Positions 57,565-64,000 of a stretch of DNA of 64,000 bases are shown here, one piece after another. Numbering within the stretch: the first letter of the stretch is position 1; each line of letters begins with the position of its first letter. The DNA is from Patescibacteria group bacterium. Lineage in GTDB: Bacteria > Patescibacteriota > Microgenomatia > UBA1400 > PJMF01. The notes beneath the pieces are model-generated. The model had not been told where the DNA came from. It worked only from the letters and a program-made list of their open reading frames with translations, and did not search any database. Where the stretch lies: NCBI GenBank assembly GCA_023382875.1, contig JAHDXH010000002.1, positions 5,724 through 69,723 of the forward strand, written 5' to 3'. The position numbers were made by a program, and so were the translations under genes.

Positions 57565-58694
57565 TTTTTTTTCTAGGCTTGGGTGGACTTGTGATTTTGG
57601 GACAATTACAAAGAGTTGAGATTTCACCTTGGCCAGCATTTTATTTGCATGACTTGTGGATGCTTTTTTGGGCTGGCTGGTTGACTATTGTTAATTCGGC
57701 CAAAATTAAGGCTGTTCTAAAAAAAATTTTTCAGAAAAAATATCTGTTGGTTGGTTTTTTATTGGTTTGGATTTTGGTGGGCTGGCTGGTTAATTTTTTG
57801 ATCGGTGATTTGTCGCTCAAAGCACTTTTTTATGCGATGAGATTTTTTACTTATGGTTTAGTATTTTTTTGGTTGGGAAAAGCTAAATATTTGAAGCCAT
57901 CATTGATTAAGTTTGGAATGTTGGGTTTTGGTTTTTGGATGTTGGTTTGGGGACTCGGCCAGTATTTGTTTTTGCCTGACATGCGTTTCCTGAGTATTTT
58001 GGGTTGGGATGATCATTATTTCCGTTTGGTGGGAACGCAGTTTGATCCTAATTTTATGGGAGTTATTTTTGTTTTATTATTCTTGTTGTCACAAACCTTG
58101 ACAGTCGAAAAAAAGACTAAAAAAATTGTCTTAGGATTGCAGGTTTTGCTTTTACTAGGATTGGCACTGACGTTTTCTCGTTCTGCATTTTTAAGCTTTT
58201 TTGTTTCGCAGGTTTTTTTCTGGCGATTACAAATAAAAAAATATTGGCCGATAGTTTTATTAACGATCTTAATTTTTTTGATTCCAAAGCCGGCAGGCGA
58301 AGGTGTGGTTTTAACCAGAACTGCAAGTATTGAAGCACGCTTGGAAAGTTCGCATCAAAGTGTAACCAACCTCAATGGTTGGCGCTGGTTAATGGGTAAG
58401 GGACTTTTTAATTCAACCAAAGATAGTTATGTCAATGAAATGTACACGAGAGCAGATCATGCGACTTTGCCTGACAACCTAGTTTTGATGATTCTGGAGG
58501 GCACAGGCATTGTTGGTTTGATGCTGACGCTGATAGTCGGGCTTCAAGTGTTTTTTTATCTTAATAAAAAACACCCCAAAGCTAATGTTTTTTTAGTGGC
58601 TGTTTTAGTTCACGCCATGTTTAACAACAGTCTTTTCCAACCATTTGTTTTTATTGTTTTGGGCTTGTCACTAATAAGCGAAATTGACAGTTAA
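57546..58694 (+). CDS. O-antigen ligase (WaaL/Wzy-like) family protein
   Basis: RLVGT..DPNF.G, TFSRSA, G..G, HAMFNNSLF. Confidence 0.8.
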   Translation: MATSAIVFFLGLGGLVILGQLQRVEISPWPAFYLHDLWMLFWAGWLTIVNSAKIKAVLKKIFQKKYLLVGFLLVWILVGWLVNFLIGDLSLKALFYAMRFFTYGLVFFWLGKAKYLKPSLIKFGMLGFGFWMLVWGLGQYLFLPDMRFLSILGWDDHYFRLVGTQFDPNFMGVIFVLLFLLSQTLTVEKKTKKIVLGLQVLLLLGLALTFSRSAFLSFFVSQVFFWRLQIKKYWPIVLLTILIFLIPKPAGEGVVLTRTASIEARLESSHQSVTNLNGWRWLMGKGLFNSTKDSYVNEMYTRADHATLPDNLVLMILEGTGIVGLMLTLIVGLQVFFYLNKKHPKANVFLVAVLVHAMFNNSLFQPFVFIVLGLSLISEIDS

Positions 58695-59390
58695 TTCTTT
58701 TTCAGTTTGGTTGCCTGCTGCGTCAGTAGCTTTGATGATGATTTTGTTGTCACCTTCTTGGAGGTTATAGCTACCTTGGAAATTACCTTCAGCGTCAGCG
58801 AGAACCAATCTGCTGTCAATAAAGACTCGAGCTTTTGGTTCAGTTTTTCCTTTGATAGTGGTGATTTGATTTTTTCGCAAAGTAATGCGATCACCATCTT
58901 TGGGTGACTCGATTTCAATAGTTGGGGTCGTTACATCTAGGACAACTGTATATTTTTTGGATAAAACAGATTCATTTTGAGCTGCGTCTCTAGAAAAAGT
59001 AGCAAGACTATTTTCACCTTCAGTCAAAGTGACATCAAAACTAAAAGTGCCATCATCCGCAATAGTTTTTTTGTCAGCTTCGTTACCATTGAGAACTAAG
59101 ATGATTTCACTTTTAGCTTCGCCGTAACCACTCAAGTTAACTTGCGCAGAATAAGTTGCTTCTACTGGTGCAGCTAAAATTGGAACTTGAGGTGGAATTG
59201 TGTCTTCGGATTTGGCAATCGGGTCGGAGTCTAAAACGTTAAAAGCTATTCTGACAATATTGGGCAAAACGAAAAACAGAAAAGCTAAAATCAGAAAAAC
59301 TACTAAACCAAACATTAGTGCAGTTTGAGTAATCAATTTCTTTTGTTCTTTCTTGGCGAGGCGAGAGGTAACTGGTTTTTCGTATGTCAT
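58671..59390 (-). CDS. Membrane-anchored Ig-like domain protein
   Basis: TM plus two Ig-like repeats (L.EG.N...D.A.N). Confidence 0.75.
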   Translation of the reverse strand: MTYEKPVTSRLAKKEQKKLITQTALMFGLVVFLILAFLFFVLPNIVRIAFNVLDSDPIAKSEDTIPPQVPILAAPVEATYSAQVNLSGYGEAKSEIILVLNGNEADKKTIADDGTFSFDVTLTEGENSLATFSRDAAQNESVLSKKYTVVLDVTTPTIEIESPKDGDRITLRKNQITTIKGKTEPKARVFIDSRLVLADAEGNFQGSYNLQEGDNKIIIKATDAAGNQTEKELTVNFAY

Positions 59391-59447
59391 AATAGCCTCA
59401 TTCTACATAATTGAGCTTAAAAAGCCAACTTTTTGCTATTAGTCTGA

Positions 59448-60614
59448 TTATTTCTCTAAAATCCAGTTTCGAAGTTGCTTTGACAAATTGACCATAAAAT
59501 AGACATTGTGAATTGAGGCAAGTCGATAATAGGTTAACTCATCAGTTTTAAAGAGATGTCGTAAATATGATCTGGAATAGCCATTCTGGCAAGTGCTACA
59601 ACCGCAGCTTTCTGAGATCGGCTTTTGATCATACTTAAATTCGCTATTACCAATTTGCATTCGACCTTTGTTATATGGTGAGACAAATTTGGGTTTATCT
59701 TCTGCAAAATCTAATTCACCAAAATAAATTGAACCATTGCGAGCTAATCTGGTTGGAGCAACGCAGTCAAACATGTCATAACCTGCCAAAACTGCATCAA
59801 CAATATTTTGTGGGTCGCGACCAAGACCCATCGCGTAACGAGGCTTATCTTCGGGTAGAATATCGCGTACCCAATCTAAAATTTGAGTTGTACCCTCCAT
59901 GTTATAGCCGACAGTTTCACCACCAAAAGCAATGCCGTCAAAATTGAGATCAATAATGGCTTGCAACGACTCTCTTCGTAGATCTTTATGCATAGCGCCT
60001 TGAACGATACCAAATAACGATTGATATTTGCCGTAAGCACTTTTACGCTCATTTTGTTCCCAGTAATCTCGACACTGTTTTGCCCAGCGGTGCGTTCTAT
60101 CTAATGCTTCTCTTGTATACTTTTCATCAGCTTGATCGGGAGTACATTCGTCGAAGGCCATGATGATATCAGCGCCAATTTGGCGTTGAATCTCAATTGA
60201 TTTTTCTGGAGTGAAAAAATGTTCGCTGCCGTCCAAGTGAGATTTAAACTTAACACCTTCATCGGTAATTTTGGCGATAGCTTCCTGACCTTTGCCTTCG
60301 GCTTGTTGGCCTAAGGAAAAAACTTGAAAGCCACCTGAGTCTGTTAGCATTGGACCCTGATGAAGCATGAAATTGTGGACGCCACCGGCTTTATTTAAAA
60401 CTTCAGTACCAGGTCGCAAATAAAGATGATAAGTGTTGGCTAAAATAATTTCTGGATTAGTAGCAGCAATATCTTGAGAGTCTAAGGCTTTAACCGTTGC
60501 TAGAGTGCCCACGGGCATGAAAATCGGAGTTTTGACGACGCCGTGCTCTGTGGTGAATTCACCAGCTCTGGCATTGCCTTTTTGCGAGTTTAATTTAAAA
60601 TTGAGTCCATTCAT
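59448..60614 (-). CDS. tgt: tRNA-guanine transglycosylase
   Basis: TPIFMPVGT, NTYHL, TDSGGFQ, DMFDCV.PTR, C.C..C; start moved to ATG 60614. Confidence 0.95.
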   Translation of the reverse strand: MNGLNFKLNSQKGNARAGEFTTEHGVVKTPIFMPVGTLATVKALDSQDIAATNPEIILANTYHLYLRPGTEVLNKAGGVHNFMLHQGPMLTDSGGFQVFSLGQQAEGKGQEAIAKITDEGVKFKSHLDGSEHFFTPEKSIEIQRQIGADIIMAFDECTPDQADEKYTREALDRTHRWAKQCRDYWEQNERKSAYGKYQSLFGIVQGAMHKDLRRESLQAIIDLNFDGIAFGGETVGYNMEGTTQILDWVRDILPEDKPRYAMGLGRDPQNIVDAVLAGYDMFDCVAPTRLARNGSIYFGELDFAEDKPKFVSPYNKGRMQIGNSEFKYDQKPISESCGCSTCQNGYSRSYLRHLFKTDELTYYRLASIHNVYFMVNLSKQLRNWILEK

Positions 60615-60636
60615 AGCCTGTATTTTACCATTCATC

Positions 60637-61740
60637 GTGCTAAAGCTCACTGACTTTGACTACCATTTACCAGAAGAAAATATTGCTCAGATGCCAGCTG
60701 TGCCTCGTGACAGCTCAAAGCTGCTTTTGGTTGATCGACAAAGTGGTCAGATTTCACACCACCATTTTTTTGATTTGCCCAATCTACTTGATGATAGCTA
60801 TGTGATTGTGCGCAATAACACTAAGGTTATGCCGGCTCGAATCTTTGGGGAAAAAGCTACTGGGGGTAAAGTTGAATTGTTGCTCTTGAAAAGAGTTGGT
60901 ATCGGTGAGGCTGGTGAATTGTGGGAAGTTTTGTCAAAGCCCGGAGTGAAGGTTGGTCAAGTGATTACTTTTGGTTATGGTTTGATGACTGCTGAAGTTA
61001 AACAATTGGAAAACTACACCAGGTTAGTGGAATTTAGTTTGAAAGGCGAAGCATTATTTGCTGCCTTAGACCAAATTGGCCACACACCAATTCCACCTTA
61101 TATTGATTGGGCTGACGATGATGAAGCTCATCTCAGAGAAATTTATCAAACTATTTATGCTAAATTTTCTGGGTCAGCAGCAGCGCCAACGGCTGGTTTG
61201 CATTTTACTCAAGAAGTTGAGCAAAAATTAGCAAACAAGGGCATTGAAATAGAAGAGGTAACTTTGCACGTTGGTTTGGGAACTTTTTTACCAGTCAAAG
61301 TTGAAGATGTGGTGACTCATGAGATGCATAGCGAATCCTATATTTTGACAAAGGAAGTTGCAACAAAACTCAATCAAGCAAAGAAAAATGGGAAGAAAAT
61401 TTTGGCCATCGGTACAACTACCACTAGATTGTTGGAAGCTTGTACTAATGAGGCTGGTGAGTTGGTGGCGGGTCAAGCTGAGACTAACATTTATATTTTC
61501 CCACCCTACAAATTTAAATTTGTTGATGCTATGGTGACCAATTTTCACCTACCCAAGTCAACTTTGTTGATGATGATTTCTGCTTTTGTTTCTCAGCCAA
61601 ATACTGACGTGGAATTTGTAAATTTTGCCGATTCGTTGGTGGGCGAAGCCTATGAGGTTGCGATTAAAAATGGTTATCGTTTTTATAGTTTTGGTGATGC
61701 GATGTTAATTTTGGGCTATAATGAAATTAATGCCAATTAA
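60637..61740 (+). CDS. queA: SAM:tRNA ribosyltransferase-isomerase
   Basis: DFDY.LP, AAPTAGLHF, LHVG.GTF, TNFHLPKSTL, YRFYSFGDAM; GTG start at 60637. Confidence 0.95.
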   Translation: MLKLTDFDYHLPEENIAQMPAVPRDSSKLLLVDRQSGQISHHHFFDLPNLLDDSYVIVRNNTKVMPARIFGEKATGGKVELLLLKRVGIGEAGELWEVLSKPGVKVGQVITFGYGLMTAEVKQLENYTRLVEFSLKGEALFAALDQIGHTPIPPYIDWADDDEAHLREIYQTIYAKFSGSAAAPTAGLHFTQEVEQKLANKGIEIEEVTLHVGLGTFLPVKVEDVVTHEMHSESYILTKEVATKLNQAKKNGKKILAIGTTTTRLLEACTNEAGELVAGQAETNIYIFPPYKFKFVDAMVTNFHLPKSTLLMMISAFVSQPNTDVEFVNFADSLVGEAYEVAIKNGYRFYSFGDAMLILGYNEINAN

Positions 61741-62146
61741 AAAAAATAAGTATAATTTAGCTGTAGCTATTTTTCTTAGTTTAATCTTTCTTTTTTTGAC
61801 TTACTCAGCCTGGAAACAATTTAGCCGCCGCTTTATTATTAGACAAAGGGGTGGTGATATTCCTGTTTACGTGAGTTTGAAAGGTGAGTATGCTTGTCTT
61901 CCCAATAGGCCTACCGATGCTCCGGTGACATTAGAGTGCGCACTTGGTTTAAAGTCTAATAATGGAAGTTACTACGCCCTTGATATGACTGATCAAGATC
62001 CAACAATGAGTAGTGTTCTGCAGGCTGGCCAAAAAATGGAGGTGAGCGGGGGTATGCTTTATATTACAGATAAAAACTCTTGGGCGCTCAAAAAATACGA
62101 TATAAAGGGTGTTTTAAAAGTTGAGAAGCTTAAATTAGTGCATTAG
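61721..62146 (+). CDS. Hypothetical membrane-anchored protein
   Basis: TM; CLP...ECA.G motif. Confidence 0.6.
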   Translation: MKLMPIKKNKYNLAVAIFLSLIFLFLTYSAWKQFSRRFIIRQRGGDIPVYVSLKGEYACLPNRPTDAPVTLECALGLKSNNGSYYALDMTDQDPTMSSVLQAGQKMEVSGGMLYITDKNSWALKKYDIKGVLKVEKLKLVH

Positions 62147-62148
62147 CA

Positions 62149-62580
62149 CTAAAAGTTATAAGTAGCGACAACAGTCTTTAATTCTTTTTCCTTAAGTTTT
62201 TCTAATGCAAGTGGAATCAGCCAGGTTAAATTTGTCATGACATTTTTTGGTAAGTTTTTGGTGTTAAATCATTCAACTGGTTGATCTTCATTGTTTGTGG
62301 CGTCTGCTTCTGGTCCTGAATAAATAGTGGCCATAACATCAACCGCAAACTTGCTTGAATGAAGTTGGGCATATTTTATCCAGCTTTTTGGATTGGTTGA
62401 AATATTTGTTTCTTCTTTGACTTCTCTAGTAATGCACTCCAGTGCTGATTCTTGGTTTTCAAATTTTCCACCCAAGCCATTAATCATGCCTTTTTGCCAA
62501 GTAGGTCTTTGTTTGTGAATAAGGAGTACTTTGGTCAGTTCTTTGTTGAAGAGAAAGCCGAGCGTGTATTTTTGAATCAT
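62149..62580 (-). pseudogene. NUDIX hydrolase interrupted by an in-frame TGA at 62271-62269
   Basis: GGK.E..E....REV.EET Nudix box; frame continues after TGA as FNTKNLPKNVMTNLTWLIPLAL... to TAG at 62151-62149. Confidence 0.75.
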
Positions 62581-62584
62581 AGTG

Positions 62585-62655
62585 AGCGGGTAAAGGGAGT
62601 CGAACCCTCTTCTCATCCTTGGGAAGGACGCATTCTACCGGTGAACCATACCCGC
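62585..62655 (-). tRNA. tRNA-Gly(CCC), CCA not encoded
   Basis: GCGGGTA...CGTCC-TTCCCAA-GGATG...TTCGACT...TACCCGCT. Confidence 0.93.
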
Positions 62656-63741
62656 TTATTTAATATCCAAAACCATTTTTCGTTGTTCTCTTAAAATTAA
62701 GTTTTGGTTAATACCAAGCATTATACACAATGAAATTAGTGAACTACCGCCATAAGAAACAAAAGGTAGGGTAATGCCGGTAATAGGCAAGATGCCAATA
62801 TTCATACCGATATTTACGAAAGCTTGAAAAGCAACTGCTGTCATTGTGACTATTAGATAGTAAGAGGAAAATTTGTTGGGTAGTAAAAATGATTTGTAAA
62901 TTAAGTAAGTACATAAAATTAAATAAAGTGAGAGAAGTATTGTGACTCCAAAAAACCCCCATTCTTCTGCAAATGAAGCAAAGATAAAATCAGTTTGTCT
63001 TTCTGGTAAAAATCTTAAATGTGATTGACTACCCTGACCAATGCCCTTTCCATAAAGCTGTCCCGAACCTACGGCAATTTGGGCTTGAAAAGCATTGTAA
63101 TTAGTTTCATGGGTTTGGTCGGATTGCGCCACTAAAAAGCTGGTAACACGAGCTTTTTGGTAAGGCTTTAAGATAAAAAGCCAGGTAAAAATTCCAGCAA
63201 CTAGCCCAATCCCGGCTAATGACAATAATTGTTTTGTTTTAATTTCCGAAAGCCATAAAATTATGCCAACACTGACAACTAAATGCATGGTGGTGCCAAG
63301 GTCAGGTTCAATTAAAACCAATGCTGACGGGATGGCTAATAATGCCAAAAATCCTACTAAATATTTATTGCGACTAAGTGGGTAACGACTCGCAAAAAAT
63401 GCCAAGCTCATGCCTACTACTGGTACAGCGAGTTGTGATGGTTGGATAGCAAAAAAGTCACCAACTTTAAACCATCTCGTAGAACCTCTAGTAACTGTGC
63501 CATTAATTAAAACGGCGACGAGTAAAACATTTAAAACAATAAAAGCGAGCCAATGATTTCTTCTAAAGAATGATAATTTGATTTGAGAAAAAATCACAAA
63601 ACAAGTGATGCCAACCAGCCAGAAAATAAGTTGATCTGTAGCTAGACTAGGGGCAATACTTTTGAGCGTGACTAAGCTGATAAGCGCAAAGCTCAATAAA
63701 ATAGCTGGCAGTAAGAAATGCCTAATCGATGAAACTTCCAT
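62656..63741 (-). CDS. rodA: SEDS family protein RodA/FtsW
   Basis: RW, IQPS, EPDLGT, PYQ..R, LPE..TDFIF, GITLPFVSYGGSS. Confidence 0.88.
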   Translation of the reverse strand: MEVSSIRHFLLPAILLSFALISLVTLKSIAPSLATDQLIFWLVGITCFVIFSQIKLSFFRRNHWLAFIVLNVLLVAVLINGTVTRGSTRWFKVGDFFAIQPSQLAVPVVGMSLAFFASRYPLSRNKYLVGFLALLAIPSALVLIEPDLGTTMHLVVSVGIILWLSEIKTKQLLSLAGIGLVAGIFTWLFILKPYQKARVTSFLVAQSDQTHETNYNAFQAQIAVGSGQLYGKGIGQGSQSHLRFLPERQTDFIFASFAEEWGFFGVTILLSLYLILCTYLIYKSFLLPNKFSSYYLIVTMTAVAFQAFVNIGMNIGILPITGITLPFVSYGGSSLISLCIMLGINQNLILREQRKMVLDIK

Positions 63742-63747
63742 GTTGGT

Positions 63748-64000
63748 TTAGTATAGCGATTCGAAAAACTTTGTCACTATGGTTGAGAGGCGATTTTTAA
63801 CTTCGCTGGATTCTAAAATAGCTTTGACTTCCTCGTGATTGGTGGCGTTGGTGCCATCTTTGGCTATTTTATTGGTGATGCATGACAAGCCAACGACTTT
63901 CATACCACGATTACGAGCGACTATAACTTCGGGAGTAGTGGACATGCCTACAGCATCAGCCTTAAGTCCGTCACGAAAAGCAATGCATTCCGCTTCTGTT
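63748..64000 (-). CDS. punA: Purine nucleoside phosphorylase, C-terminal part
   Basis: [29 protein letters not shown]; runs off the window end. Confidence 0.85.
   Translation of the reverse strand, partial: TEAECIAFRDGLKADAVGMSTTPEVIVARNRGMKVVGLSCITNKIAKDGTNATNHEEVKAILESSEVKNRLSTIVTKFFESLY

Noticed and set aside
62269-62271. Genome-wide UGA recoding (code 4 or 25)
   Set aside because: Only one in-frame TGA was seen; mgtA and cca end in TGA, Trp is TGG elsewhere, and long genes are uninterrupted under code 11

Overview
AT-rich bacterial chromosome segment, most likely from a CPR/Patescibacteria genome of the Microgenomates type. That assignment is an inference: rpmD/L30 is missing from the spc operon, GlyRS is the homodimeric type, metabolism is salvage-type, and DUF5667 and GxVLG surface proteins are present. 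The left half (1-33.5 kb) is accessory and housekeeping: MgtA-like ATPase, nuclease, malic enzyme, PolX, CCA enzyme, a large Ig/FN3 surface protein, Hsp20 and an IMPDH-like protein. It is followed by the S10-spc-alpha ribosomal superoperon, glyQS, a surface-glycosylation cluster, tgt/queA, rodA and three tRNAs across the window. Main discoveries: (1) a GC-rich, stand-alone, full-length major vault protein (MVP) homologue next to tRNA-Glu, with mutually complementary 5' and 3' UTR segments; (2) a minimal T-box riboswitch with a Gly specifier in an ultrashort stem I upstream of glyQS; (3) a classic 1:2/2:3/3:4 leader-peptide attenuator with a W-Y-F-T-F cluster ahead of an LMW-phosphatase/M20-peptidase operon, and a second candidate ahead of a GNAT gene; (4) widespread leaderless genes alongside small SD-led orphan cassettes; (5) two single-base lesions, both at Trp codons. 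Protein family calls come from recalled motifs; no database search was run.
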